From the NCBI GenBank assembly GCA_965112155.1, contig OZ218099.1: a stretch of 64,000 bases of DNA; one strand, written 5' to 3'. The stretch's first letter is position 1. Each line of letters begins with the position of its first letter. The position numbers were made by a program, and so were the translations under genes. This stretch comes from Podarcis liolepis (taxonomy: Eukaryota). The notes under the pieces were generated by a model, which was not told where the DNA came from, made no database searches, and saw only the letters and a program-made list of their open reading frames with translations. Positions 13,725-27,627 of this stretch are shown in pieces.

Positions 13725-13906
13725 AGGTCCCCAACTGCACTGTACATTTAAAGCGGGATCATACCACTTTATACAGTCGTGGCTTCCCCCAAGAATCCTG
13801 GCAACTGTAGTTGAGGGTGCTGAGAGTTGTTAAGAGGGCCCTATTCCCCTTACAGAGCTATAGTCCTCAGAGTAGAGGTTTAACAGTCAATCCCTCTTCC
13901 CAGGAA
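13725..13906. repeat. Fragment of an interspersed repeat (probable non-autonomous DNA element)
   Basis: ataccacttt...ggcttcccccaagaatcctgg...ctattcccct.acagagcta motif, which I recall as a common lizard repeat. Confidence 0.45.
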
Positions 13907-14983
13907 ACCAAAAGGTTTACTCATTAACTTCTGATTTGATTCTTGAACTGCCTGGGAGCAACTTTTTGAACGGCTCTACAGCTGTGTATGATTTCCTCAG
14001 CTACAGTTTGACCACTTCTGGTTTGCAACTGCGTTTGGGGAGGTGTGTGTCTTACAAAGCTTCGTTCCAGCCAGCCCTATCGTGTGGAGTGAACTGGATG
14101 AAGTTTTTGGGCAGATTGGGAATGTGAAGATGTGTGAATAAATCAGCAATGATGGAGAAGACTTGGAGCATCACCATGTCCCTCCTTTCTAAGGCCCTCA
14201 GGGAGAAAATGCGTTATTGTGCGTTGGGAATCTATGCATTTGCTTGACTTACTAATTGGCACCCTATTGAGCCAGGGCTTTCCCACCTATTCTTTTAGTC
14301 TAGGTGCCCTCCTGTCTGCCTTTGGGCAGCTGTCTGGGTATGATGCTTTCTTTTAAAATGTAAAATCTGGGACTTGCCCAGCAAAAATTGCAGGGTGATT
14401 TTACAGTGATTCACATATGTGCTCAGATGCAGCTTGCAGAAGCCCTAGAGTGCAAGGAGTAAGCTGCAGTCATATAGTTACTGGACCATAAATGTGTGTA
14501 ATTGCTTTTTGCAGTCTGGGGTAGAGGTGGTAGCAGAGAGATTATTTGTAATGGTTCATGAGTTTGTTTTCAGGAAGGAGTTCTCTCTGCAGTCCTCTAC
14601 TGGCTTGATGGGTTAAAATACAAATGTGACCCCTGCTTGGACCAATGCCTTTTTATTATCAGCAGAGGGCAGCACATGGCCAGTTCTTATCTGTGTTGTT
14701 CTGTTACACACTTCCCCACATCTTACAGTGCATTTTCGGTGCTGAAAAAGTGTGCATGCAAATACAAGCGTCATGGGGGTGGTGTGTGTGAGTGAACTGA
14801 AAAGCATTGAAAAAGTGTGCATTTTACACAACAGTGTGAATTTTACGCATACGGTGTTCACAAAAATGTGTGCAAATGTGTCCAACAGACCTATGAATGC
14901 CAGTGAGGCCTAAACTGGATGGAATTAGCTGCCCTTTACTTTAACTTGGGTTTGAATAGCAAGTTACTAGCCATTCTGCAAGG

Positions 14984-15176
14984 CAGTGGTTCCTGATTTC
15001 CATGGACCACTTGAAGTTGGTTGAGGGTCTTGGGTAGACCACTTCAAGATTTTTCTACCTGTTGTAGCAATTGTAATGTGCTGTGCTAGATTCTGTCATG
15101 TCACATGTTCATTCCCAGTAATGTTCTTACCCTTGCAATCGTCTGTACTGTAATGCTTTTCTGCTTTTGTTTGAAA

Positions 15177-15239
<63 letters not shown>

Positions 15240-15506
15240 GTGCTGTGCTGGATGCTGCATGGTTTTTAATTATATTTTTATTGCTCCTTTCATTTCTTAT
15301 GTATTGTGTTTTACAGCATTTTGAAGAATTCAAATTGTAATACAATAGAACGCAACGTAAAAATAAAAGAAGCAGTAAAAATACAATTTAAAATATGTCA
15401 GAATATTTTATGTGATGGATTTGCTGCCTCCCATCCTCAGCCACAAATCCAGACACAGTGCAGACTACCTGAACGAAGCTCATGGACTTCAGTTTGGGAG
15501 CCCCTG
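14984..15506 (-). mobile_element. hAT-type non-autonomous element, family A, containing an (AC)n(AT)n microsatellite (15182-15239)
   Basis: cagtggttcc...agtttgggagcccctg ends; reverse-complement similarity to 13252-13588. Confidence 0.7.
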
Positions 15507-16114
15507 TTTTGAATAAATGTCATTCAAAACAAAACACCACATCCCACAAATGAAGAATAGTTACCATGCTGGGGCATGTTGAATTTTTAAAGTTTCAAAT
15601 TCCAAAAGTGAGGGGTGCTAAAAAATTGTAACAATGACCTGAGGATTCAAAAGCTGTTTTCAGGAACGACTGGGCCTGTGGATGGTTTAATAACAGTTCT
15701 CCTGGTAGACTAAAAGCATTTATAACATGCTTTTCTTCACTGCATTAATAACCCACTTTTTCAAGGTGGCACACTTCGTGGTTCTTCTCTCCTCTGCCAG
15801 CAAGCTTCAAGGGGCTGCACAGAAATTTCAGCCAGTCTTTTCTCAGCCCTAGTCTTGACACAGTGGACCACACTGGCTCTGCACTCTAATGTGCGTAATA
15901 GTTTGTGATTCCCCACCCTTTGCTGCAGGCTTGGGAGGGGATCTTTCTGCTATCCCACCCCGCACAGATCATGCCAGCTAGTGTTTACATCCGTCAAGCT
16001 GTAGTTTCCTCCTTGCCTCCAGAGCATGAGGGGGTTAACGGCCCTCCAGAGGCTGAGGGATCAGCACAGGAACAGGGCGTTGCTGGTTATCTCAGTTACG
16101 CCAGGCCAGGACTG

Positions 16115-16185
16115 TAATGACGCCTATCCTCCAAGGCAAGGGCCGCCCATTGGCTGGGACAAGACTTGACTCATTCCAGGAAGCC
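16115..16185 (+). promoter_or_regulatory. Putative proximal promoter of exon B: CRE half site, GC box, inverted CCAAT, AP-1, ETS core
   Basis: TGACG about 16118, CCGCCC 16143-16148, ATTGG 16149-16153, TGACTCA 16167-16173, CAGGAAG about 16177, all 110-175 nt upstream of the ATG. Confidence 0.5.
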
Positions 16186-16290
16186 GCAGCCAGACAGCAA
16201 GTCAGACTCAGGTGTCTACCCAGCCGAACAGCACGTAACTGTGGAACGGACAGAGACAGTGGTCTGCAAGATCTCTCTGCTGCTGGCAGC

Positions 16291-16312
16291 ATGGTGCTCA
16301 GGATGGAGAACG
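16291..16312 (+). CDS. CYTH1: CYTH1 alternative first coding exon B (MVLRMEN)
   Basis: Strong Kozak gcagcATGg; 22 coding nt, then ACG|gtgaga donor, phase 1. Spliced to exons 2-13 with the microexon it gives 1197 nt = 398 aa + stop, the length of human cytohesin-1. Confidence 0.75.
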
Positions 16313-16668
16313 GTGAGAGCGGCACAGGGTGGGGAACTCCCGGGCCCCCTCTTTGGGTGGTTGGTTGGGCGAGTTGTGTTTAGTGGTGGCGACCGCTAAA
16401 GGCTTCATTTGTGGGGAGCCATGGTCAAGTTGGATGTTGTACAGAAGTACGCACCTTCCTCTTCCATTAAACCTTTTAAAACTGAGATCTTTCCCAACCT
16501 GCATCTGTATTGGAATTGTTTTAAAATAAGTTTTTGTTGTTTTATCTCTCACCGTGTTCTCCTCTGGGAGTGAGTCCGGAATATAACTTTAATAAATATA
16601 TAAACATGGGGTGAGTTCTTCAGAACGTGGCCTTCCATGTTGCAGTGATAACTGACTAGTGTTCTGAT

Positions 16669-16803
16669 CAGTGCTGTTTTTCTAGAAAAAGGGGTGCCGG
16701 AACTCAGCAGGAACACCTCCCTCGATCTCTTGGAATGGCTATGGCCCCCACCTGAGAGGTGCTGGAACTGAGTTCTGGCGAGTTCAGCTGAAAAAAAGCC
16801 CTG
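16669..16803. mobile_element. hAT MITE, 135 bp
   Basis: TIR cagtgctgtttt / aaaaaagccctg, perfect 8-bp TSD GTTCTGAT (16661-16668 and 16804-16811). Confidence 0.88.
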
Positions 16804-17369
16804 GTTCTGATAATACTAGTGAGAGTTGAAGAGTGCTTTGAGCTCCTGGCTCACTAGGAGCACATCCCATGAAGATATGCTGCCCTGGGGGGCGGTGGGG
16901 CGGTGGAATTGCACTGGAATATGGGACAAGCAGTTACAGTAAGCAATGCCAGGTAGGCTTACTCCTGTAGGGCCACTGCTGTGGCCTAGATACTTGAGGG
17001 GTTTTTTTTGGTGAAGTGCCCTATTCCTGCTCTCAGCCGGGAGAGGCCCAGTCTCGCTGTACTTGAAAAGCAGGAGTTTCTGTTGGCAGCGCCCTGAGTG
17101 GCATGCTCCGGCATGCGTCTCTCCCAAAATACCTCTCCTGTGCTTTTCAGTTCCGCTTCAGCCCTTGGGCACCAGGGAGGGTGCTGGGAGAAAAGCACGT
17201 GGATTTAATGAGGCAATAGGCTGCTTCCTACGCACTTAGGGCAGGGCTTCTCTACTTTCCCTGGGCACCAACTTGAGAGCAAGAGTGTTTAACATGGCTG
17301 TCCCTGAGCCACATGTGGATCCAGATGAGTGGGAAACGTGTTTGGAGAGAGGGTTGAACATGTTGCCCA

Positions 17370-17374
<5 letters not shown>

Positions 17375-17452
<78 letters not shown>
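17375..17452. repeat. (CT)n(CA)n compound microsatellite
   Basis: Read directly. Confidence 0.95.
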
Positions 17453-17454
<2 letters not shown>

Positions 17455-17902
17455 CCAATCAGATACAGGTGGCCACCATTTTGTGTGTGTCTGATTGATG
17501 CACAACAGCTGACACGTGCGCTGCTTTTGGCCCCAGAAGGGGGCGGAATGAGTTTACGCACAACCGCTGATGCGCACAATGACCTGGAACACAATCCACA
17601 CACAAATGGGGAGTTCCCCGTTTTGTCAAATAATCGTCAAGTGTGTTTTTAAAAGACCTTTAACTTTGAGAATGAAATCCACCAAAGCTTTAAAAATAAA
17701 CAAGTACAGCCAGGGAATCTCCAGGTGAGACCTGGAGAGACTCTTGTTTTAAACGCTGGAGAAACCCAGTCACTGTAAATACTTCTAAGCTAGGTAGACC
17801 AATGGTCCTGCTTGATAGAAGGCATCTTCCTATGTCCTAATGAAGTGGTCAATTGACCATTCAGTTATAATGTTTTCCTGGTCAACTGATGAACCCTTAG
17901 AG

Positions 17903-18020
17903 CAGGCATTTGGCCCTCCAGCTGTTTTGGGACTACAATTCCCATCATCCCTGACCACTGGTCCTGTATGCTAGGGATGATGGGAGTTGTAGTCCCAAAA
18001 CAGCTGGAGGGCCATGCCTG
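17903..18020. mobile_element. Palindromic hAT MITE
   Basis: Near-perfect hairpin tggccctccagctgttttgggactacaa...ttgtagtcccaaaacagctggagggcca; TSD ccttagag/ccttaggg; same family as 45448. Confidence 0.85.
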
Positions 18021-21000
18021 CCTTAGGGTGACCATGAGCCCTGGGAAATAGTTTCCTTCTAAGCTTGGAGCTCAACATAACTCTGAGCCCATGCAAGTCC
18101 AAAGAAGAAATCCTTTCCTAGCGTGGGACTGAGTTTGCTCACTTGTTTTTATTGCAACACTATTAGTGTTCTTCCAACTTAGTCTTGTGGCTTCTCTCCT
18201 ATCCCAAACTTTCTCTCTTGAGTAATTCAGTCTGGATTTTTTACATCATCAGATAAGGGCTCTTCCAGCAGAGCATGGATTTTTTTAAAAATGAAATAGA
18301 TCTTTTTTGGTTTATCAAAGAGTGGGCCACTTATTTGGTGTGGGTGTGGAGTCTAGAAGTGCAATTTAGAGCCAAATCAATCAGTCTTGGAACAGCAACA
18401 TGCATTTCCACCTTTGCTGGCCAGCTTGCTTATGGCAAGGGGTCTCTGCCTGCGTTCTGTGCAATGTGGAGCCTCCCTCACTTCTGGCTTAGTCTTTACC
18501 TTGACAGCTGCTCTCCATGTAGCATGGCGCTTTAGGACTCCGGTTTCCTCTTGGGGTGCATTTACCTGGCCATGCACACTCTTCCCACGCTGCCTGAAAC
18601 TGACGAGACCAGTGTGCACTCAATGATGGGTGAAAGGCAGCGGTCCCAAACATTGCGGCAGTGTCTCTTGCATTAACATCAGCAGTGCTTTTGTCTCCTC
18701 TGCAGTGAAGAGTGAGCATTGAGGATTTGCCCAATAGCCATTGGGATTTGTGGTTCTACTGAATCAAGGCACTTAGGAATGACTCGTTTTCTACATTTCA
18801 TTCACCCTTAAAACAACAACCACAATGCAAATTATAGTCCAGTAAGCAAAGGCCTTTTTTATAATGGGTCTTTTACTGGTCACAGAGTATGTTTCACAAT
18901 CTGCGGCAAAGATCCTAACTTGCACTTTCTAAGCCCCTAGCCTTTATTAAATGCTGACTTTTTGCTTTCAAGACCCATGTGAGTTTACCTTGGGCATTGG
19001 TTTAAGGAACTCTTTGCATCTGATGGCCTCTATAAGTACCTTTTTTTCTGTGGTGATGAATCCCATCAGTTCTCTTTCTTGGAGCTTTTACAGTGATGCT
19101 GCCAGCAGTGTTTAGTCCTTGGCATTGCAGAAGCTCACCTGAAGCCTACAGATCTGGCACATTTGTTGAGCTGCAAGGTTACTTGTCCATGTGTGAGTTG
19201 TGGGGATGTTTAGAGCCACCCACAATGTGAAACATCTGATAACTTTATATGCTGCCGCTGCTTTAGACTTCCCACAGAGGATGTAGTCTTCTTGCCTGAG
19301 TATATGGTGTTACTTGCTTGTGGAGCCTTTGAGTGGGATTCATTTAATGAGCCCCATCAGCAGAAGCCCTGCACAATAACTTCTGCTTGGGGCTTTCCTT
19401 CCTTTCCTCCCCCCCCCGCCCCCGTCCCCTGAAATTGGCTCAGGGGAGCAAGAAAACCCCTGGAACAGCACACAGGGGGAGGAGAAGGGGGACTCGTTCC
19501 ACCTGGCAAGTTAAAATGCTTGCCCAGATGTTACATGAGTGGTATTCAATGCTAGCCCTACTCAGAGTAGACCCATTACACTTAATGGGCATGACTAACA
19601 TAGGTTTGTTAATTTTAAAGGTTTTACTCTGAGTAGTTGACTTAGTTGAGCATAATCCTTTATCTTTGTTAGCAAGGAGCCCAAGTGCAACGTTGGGCAA
19701 GTGTGGGCATCATGTCATGAAGCTGGTGCTGAGTAGCGTCTGTGATTACAGGGAGAAGGATATAAATCCCTCTCTGCCATGATAGGATTTCTGTGGGTGG
19801 AATCTCACAGTTGCTTACCATGAACCAGTTGCCAAAACCCTTGAAGCCAGGAGGCAAATGTGGCACATGGATTCCCTGTGGTGCCTACTATGGGGTTTTT
19901 TGTGCATAAGGGTGTGTGTGCAACACCCTGTTTTGGTTTTGGAACAAGTTATCCCTCCTCCTCAGAATATGTTGTGTTGCTTTTTGGTGCCAAGCCAATT
20001 ATCTGCAAGGAGCCACACAGGAATTGTTAGTAAAACACCCTTGCCTTCTGTAGTGAGGGTTGCTGCTTCCTTGCGAGCAAATTTACTGTGCAACTTAAAA
20101 TGGCAGGCTGCAGAACATCCCACTGCATGGATCTGTTCCCACAAGATGTGTGTCATTTGCAGCCTTCATCTTAATGTCTGCTTAAGCCTTGCTAGGAAGT
20201 GAACCTTTCTTCAGCTTCCCAGTAACGGTACCCAGAAATGGAGCGCTCATTGAAGGAACCTGCCTTGAGGAGAACTTCTGGAGCAAACATACCTGTTGAG
20301 TGGTGCACTATAGAAAGGGCTTGTCTCCATGCCTTGTCAGGTGCATTTCTCCCACCCTTACAAGCTCTGCTGTTGTAAGGGATAGATACTGAGTTTGGGG
20401 GGAAGTCCTTAATGGACTGCCTTGCCTTGCTTCTTGTGGCGAATGCCAGAGGATAACTGGCTCTTGTGGCCTTAAATTAGATTGTCCAACCTGGTGCCAT
20501 CCAGATCATTTGGACTAGAACTCCCATCAGCCCCAGCCAACATCTGAGTGGGGGAAGCTGCTGGAAATTTACAGGATAACTTGTGGGGTGCCATCTTATC
20601 CTTGCTCCCAGTCTGTGATATGAGTTTAACTGCCTTGGCTCCACTGGGTCTTATGGTGTCAAGGCAATAATTTCTTATGAGCGACCAGAGTAAGAGCAGG
20701 GGGAGAGACAAGGGTGTCAAGTCAAGCTTCCACCACCCTGCAGGCACCTGATGATGTAACAGGGAGAGTAATCCTAAGGGTTAAATTTCTTGCGCACACA
20801 TGCAGGAAACTGATGGTATCTGGAATTTCTCGTAACCTCAGCCACTGCCTTTAGTACACACGAGATCTCCTGGGATTGGACACTTGGCATTCATGAGTCC
20901 TGTTCTATAGTTTCACTGCCTTAGGGCAGGAGAGTTCCCTACCCTCACTTGACTTTGTGTGGATGAGGGGAGATCATGGAATTTCTGTTGCATGTTTGTT

Positions 21001-21389
21001 TCTTTCCCTTATAAACCCATCAGTGTGTGTGGTGGTTTACAGAGTACAAGAAGACAAGTCCTTTGTCTCAAGGATCCTACAGTAAAAAGAGAGAGAGAGA
21101 GGATACAAGAGAAGGGGAGGCAGGGGGTAAACAGGGGAAATAATGTAGAGTTGTACATTTCACTTGCTACAGGTTTAACTGCGGCACGCCCACATTAAAT
21201 ATGTTGATTATGACATTCAAGTTGTGATACAATAAAATGCAATATAAGAAATAAAAGAAGCAATAGAAATGCAGTTAAAAATCATACAGCATCTAGCGCA
21301 GTGCATCGCAATTGTTACAACAGGCAGAAAAATCATTGTGGTTCCCTGGGACCCTTGGCAATTTCCATTTGGTTGTTGAGGGTGGAGAG

Positions 21390-21570
21390 TAGTGCCAGAT
21401 TACCAAATAGGCAGAGTAGGGACTAGCCTATGGGCCCTGCGACAACAGATCAAAATAATATTGGTTTGATCTTGAAAGAAGATTACAAAAACGTCTCGGG
21501 AGATCATTTGAGAGGGAGCCCCCAATATTTCGACTTCCTAGGGGCCTCCACAGGGTTTAATCTGGCACTG
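21390..21570. mobile_element. hAT MITE nested in a family A remnant (about 21190-21594)
   Basis: TIR agtgccagatta / taatctggcact, TSD gtggagag/gtagagag; the host end gggaaccactg resumes right after it. Confidence 0.7.
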
Positions 21571-24500
21571 GTAGAGAGAAGTTTGGGAACCACTGGACTG
21601 CATCACACTGACTGGTGGTGGCTCTCCAGGATTTCAGATAGGAGTCTTTCCCCAGCCTGCCAGAAGATGCCAAGTCCTTTTATATGCAATGCAGTTGTTC
21701 TACCACTGAGCCTTGTCTTTTCCTTTGGTGTGCTGGTAAAAATACTGTGTTTTCTGTGATGAGCTGCAGGATACAAATGGCTTGCCATGTGCTGAGTTTT
21801 AAGAGGCAGCCACATGGAATTGGCCACATGTTCCTCTTGCTTGTTCTCCATTGTTGCCTGCTGTTGTGGGCTGCCTTGTGGATCTTGCCATGCATCAGTG
21901 GAATCACAAAGTGTCACTGACAAGGACACTGGTTCTTGAAGACGCTGTCATATCTTGTTAGCTAAGTTGTATTTATGTAGCCGTGATTTGGGGAGTGGGA
22001 TGAATCAAACCTTGTTTTCAAGGTTTGTGGGGAGGGATGCCCTTGTGTATGCAAGGGGGCAGTGGGGAGAGAAGTGCTTGTTATGAAGATGCGGCACCAG
22101 GAGGGTCTGTGGTTTTTAAACTTCCCGGATTACATTGAAGAGATTTCAGATTCCAGTCCAGGGCTTCAGGGGATAAATCAAAGGAACAAAAAAAACCCCT
22201 TTTAGGGTTCAGAACCTGAATCTGCAACTAGGATTAGGAAAGAGGTTCAAGCAATGCCAGAAGCAGAAGTCACAGATACTTGTATGTACCGTAGGTCTGG
22301 TGTCACAACAGGATGGAACCGATCTTGGGAACATAATCTGAATGCGTTGCATCTTGGGACAGTTTGCTCTTAGGGCATTTAGGAGGAGGAGAGGCCTTTT
22401 GAGAAATTGCTCCACTGAGGTACTCCATACCCATTTGCTGGGGAGTAAGACTTACTGAACTTTGCAGTACTTAACTTCTGAACACACTTGCATAAGTCTG
22501 TGCTGTTGCTGTGAGCTTAGGATAATGGAGATTTCGCATCTGCTAGGGAAGCTTGTGCTGGGAGAGCCTGAAGGAAGTGCTACCTTAGATGCACCAAACC
22601 AGGCCTTAGAAGAGGTGGCATAAAAGTGAGGGATGTGTCAGAAGGACCCCGAGCTCTCAGACTTTGCGTGAAGAAGCTCCTCTAGAGGAAGGATGGGGAA
22701 ATGGTGACTCTCCAGATGTTGCTGGACTGCAACTCCCTTTGGACCCCTCCAGTCACACATCATTGCTTCTCCACTGCTGCTCCAGGGAGTTTGGTCTGAA
22801 ATGGAGGAGAAAATGGAAAAGTGGAACAAATCTAATGGGACTGCCAGTGCTGAATTCTAATGGGGCTTTCTCAAAGCGGAACTCCATTACTAGTGAGTCT
22901 GTAGGCTTTCTAGCTCACTAAGCTGCAGGAAAGTACTGAATTTGAAAACACATGGGCAAGCATCAAAGTGCATGGAAGTTATTTTCTTGCAATGAGAATC
23001 TGAAGAGTTTAGCACAGCATTCTAAATCTTTTGGGGGCATAAACACCACACCTGAAAGCTCCACCCCAAAATCAATTTTCCAGATTCAGTGCTGTCATTC
23101 TCTATTTTGAAAAATGTGACTTTCAACCTTACTTTGGTGCTATGTTTCCTAGAATGAACAGAATAGGAATTACTATTTGGCAACTTTTCAAACACAGCAA
23201 CTCCAGGTCAACAAGAAAATAAGCATGTGACTATAGCTAAATATAATGAAGTGGCCATGAATGTGAAATTAAAAAAACAACCTAAAATGCCACACAGCTG
23301 AACCCACATTTACCTGTGATGAGGGGTCTTTCCCCTTAGTTCTCAACCCCCTCTGAAAAGTCCATGCCCTCTCTGAAAATTCACACCCCCCCCCATTTCA
23401 ATCCCTATGCTTGCAGACTCTCATAAGCAAGGTTAGGGCATTAGGGTGTGTCATTTTAGGGGGTGAAACTTAATTTCTGCAAATTTGGGGGGGGTTCCTT
23501 AAAAATATGGTTTTGTGTATGAGGAATTCAAATCTACTATTTTTGTGATCGGGCAACATTTAGCTTGTTAAGTCTACATTTGATGAAGAAGCACATGAAC
23601 TGCTTTTGGAAAACCAAATAATTTTAATTTTACCTTATACAAATATTAGGTAATGCTTAATAATAATAAATATTGTATAATAGTATTGATATTAATATTA
23701 CTACTTGGCAATCATTTTAATGATTTCTACGCAATTTTACATGCATTTACTTATCAAGCAGAACTAAATTATATTAATTTAACCAAAATATGTTTTGAAT
23801 TCCCAAGTCATGTTACAACTTTTTAGCATCTCCACCTGAAACTTGAAAAATTCAACATGCCCTGCTAAGACATGGGGGATTGTGAGGATTAAGAAGAAAG
23901 GGATGTTGTTGTGGAGGAGCATATTTTCCTTCAAACAGGCAGTGGATGATGATGGTACACTGGTCTCCTTCTGGCATGGAGAAGAGCAGTTGTGCTGCTG
24001 GGCAGTCAGGGCTTTGAAAGAGAACACCTATAAAGTGTTAATGAATTTTCACAAGTACTAAGGAAACCACCTGGTATAATTAAGAATGGGAATGATAAAA
24101 TGCCTGGCTGTGTAGCACATTTAACAAGTCGCTACCACAAAAGCAGATTGGATGTCTGATCAGCAGAAAACTTGCCCAAAACTTCAGAGAAGGCATCTCT
24201 CATTAAGGCAGAATGCAAGGCGAGGAAGTAATGTCGTCTGGTATAAAAGCACATACTATGAAGGATGAAGGTAGGAACAAGTAATGCAGGGGCATCCTTT
24301 AAATAGAATGAAAATTAAAGCAGATGAAGTTGATGCAACCTTAAATTTACAAAACTTAACAAGAAACAAGTTTAGCTTAAATAACCTTAATTTATAGGAA
24401 ACTAAGATCAGATTTCACCATGCCATGGGTAAAAGCTGAATTCTCCAATATTTAAGTCTGTGGTATCAGAAACCTCTGTCTGTGTGTGTGTGCGCGCGCC

Positions 24501-24776
24501 TAAGATTAAACACCTATTCAGCTGCATTAAACTATGAGAGTGTGCATGTTGTGATGCACTTGTTTTTGGCATGCTTGACAATGAGAGAAACAATGAATTG
24601 CTTCTGAGTGAGGCGCTAAGAATAACATCTGTGTGGCTGCAACTTTTGCATCTGTTTTAGGGTCCTCAGAAGACGAGAAAGGCAGTAAGGGAAAAAGACG
24701 CATCTTCCTTAGAAGCTGAACAGCATTTCCTCCTTGAGCATGTAATTCTGCTAGAAACTCATAATATCACACCCAG

Positions 24777-24780
<4 letters not shown>

Positions 24781-24815
<35 letters not shown>
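24781..24815. repeat. (GT)n microsatellite
   Basis: Read directly. Confidence 0.95.
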
Positions 24816-24816
<1 letters not shown>

Positions 24817-27627
24817 CTGCTTCTGATACTCATATTTCAATGTATTTGCTGCTTGCTCTCACTTTGTGTGCAAATGTCCTGCACACATGCCCTCCCTGTG
24901 CTGCAGCCTGGACAGGCAGGGGTTAATCCCCAGGCCTCGGCAGGTGGGCGGGGTTCCAAAGCTGTCATCCTCCATGGAAAGCAGCACGAGCAGAGGAGCT
25001 CAGCTGAGCAGAATGAGAGGAGGCCGAGACACAGCCCCTTCTCCTTGACAGGGCTGGGCTCCCCAGCACATGGGCTACTAGCGCACTGATGGTGTGTCAC
25101 AGGGCTTACTTTGACAGTGGGCAAAAAGAGCTGGGCGGCAGCCTGGGGTAAGTCTCTCCCCCTCCTCTCCCTCTCTCACCCTGTGTATTATGTTTGCAAA
25201 GGGGAATTCTCTGCTCCTGTTTGCCCCCCCCCCGTCTTGTGTGCTGCTTGGTCCCTCATGGCTGCATTTGGTGCCATGTGCCAGTGCCTTTTCCATGCCG
25301 AGCACCATGTGCCTGGCCTTTCTGTCATAGCCATGCCTGGTGCTGCACTTCTTTCTGCCCCGTCCACCAGCATGCTGTGCTTCCCCTGCCTGCCCGTTTT
25401 CTGGCTCCCCAGCAGATTATTCCAGGCATGGAGGGGAGGGGGGAGGCACTGTGTGTTGTTGCTCCTCCCTTCCTTTGGGCCCATGTTTATGCACAGACTG
25501 GATTTTCCCAAAGTGTCTGCAGGAGAGGAGGGAAGAGAGTGATTTCACCAGGGTGGGAATGCCATGTTTCTACTCCGGGGCTGTTTAAGTCAAGGGCCCC
25601 TAACTGAAAGGTGTACAGAAGTGGCTGATATTGGGTGGGGGTAGATGCCACCACCAGGGCTGCCATTGCCCTGCTCAGAGAGTAGATAGGCACTAAGAAA
25701 GGGGAAAGGCTGCTTAGAGTGGTGGCTGTCAAAGGGGGGCAGTCTATGTTGGCAGCCAGCCAAGTGTGTGAATTGGTGGGTGGGCATTAAGAGCCCAAGG
25801 GGCAAAGAGAGTCCCTCTTGTGGGTCAAGCAGCCGGTGGACCTGGAAAAAACAAGAAATTAGAAGCTCAAGCTTCTAATTTTTTTGGTGGGGTGAGGAGG
25901 GGAGGAAGAGGGGGAGTTGGCCCTGAAAGAGCACACAAATGAGAAGGATAGAAGTAACCCACTAACATCCTTGTCTTAGAATAATGTTAGTGTGATTCTG
26001 CTTACTGTTTCCTGTTTCGACACATCCCCCTGTGGTAGGGGGTGTAGAGGACAGCACTGTCTCTGGGAGTTGAGTAGGACTCCCATTGGGGCTGACATAT
26101 AGGGCAAGGGGGTTCCTTCAAGCTAGGGTTTCCCGTTCTTGCAGACCAAAGCTCTCTTCAGACTGAGCTCAGATGCATTTGACCCACAGGTGGGGTAGAA
26201 CTGCACTCTTACTTGCAACCCAGACAACAGCATTGGATGAAAGCAAAGCAGGCCGTTTCATAAAATATATAAAATAAACACAATTCACACTAAAAGCATG
26301 TTTTGAGAATTTTGCACCAGTCTTTGCTTGTTTTCCTCTTCTCCATCCCGCTCCCCCTTCCCTTCTTTCTTTTTGCACCATGCCTTTTTAGACCGTAAGC
26401 CGGATGGCAGGCAGGGACTGTGTTGCTTTTATTGATTTGTAAGTCACTCTGGGAACATTTCCAGCCGAAGAATGGGTTACAAATGTTTTGAATGAATTGT
26501 TAAAAAATGTTTTTCTTTTTGATAGCTTCAGGTGTTGGAGCCCCTATTGCTTGGTCTTCTGGGAAGAGAGTAAGTGGTAGGGGTTAGAGCAGTCAGGGAT
26601 TGTGCTGATGGGTGATTCTCTGGATAAATCGTTGTTCATTGGGGAGTTCTGCCTTCCTACCTGCAAGACCCATCCAGCTGATTGGAAGTCATATACTCAG
26701 GTATTTTGCTTGGACTAAGCCCAGAGTGCCTTTGCTTATTAGTGTTTCTCTGTACTTATGGAGGCACATAAATAGACACACACCCTAGCCCCTCCTTCAG
26801 AACATCTTCTCCTAATTACCAGCCCCACTGTTTATCTGTAGCACTGACATAGCTGGAGTTGGGACTCAGGTCAATTGACCAGTCAGATACCAGTCAATTG
26901 ACTGCCTATTATTTGACTGTGGTCAAATGATCAATGAAATAAAGAAGGCCCATGTGAATGTGGCAGTCAGCTGCTTTATTGCATCTTGATAGCAATAGCA
27001 GGAACACGGGGCGCTTACACACTTCCCCTTCCCAATTAATCCAAAAGGCTCAGCCTTTTCCATTGACAAAACCAGCTGCTGGCATCTTTGAACAGGGACA
27101 TACAGAGTTCAGGAGGAAACGTGGAGCCAATAATGCAGAAAGGAGGCATGGGCCAGTGGAGGGTGTGTGTGGAGAACACATTGGTATTTGTAGTATATCA
27201 CCTCTGTGAGTTTTCACCTGTTTACAAGACCACAACGATGGCTCTTCTTGCCATCCATCTTGCTAATGCAACCTTTTATGAGAAACCTGTTTCTGTAACC
27301 AAAGAGCCAGGGTTTGGATGGCTCCGCTGGAGTCATTGCAGGGGCATGGGCCTAGAATTGCCAACTCGACAGGATATGGCATAGGAGAGCCACTTGTGGC
27401 AGACTACATGCGCTGTGATTCAGAATGCCTGCGCATCAAAGAGGACCATGGAGATGCTGGATATCGTTTAGCAGGGTGCACTCAGCTTGTTTACTCCTTG
27501 GTCTCTTGGATTTCATGCAGACCAGTTGTCCTCCCTAGAATGTCGCCTGCACTTCCCCCTCTCATGTAGTTATTCAACGATCAGCTTTATCATCTAGCCT
27601 GGTGGGGGAGGAGCAAGGTGAAGCAAC

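Noticed and set aside
26868-26904. Palindromes ggtcaattgacc and cagtcaattgactg (also near 17847)
   Set aside because: Most likely remnants of a decayed repeat; no evidence of function
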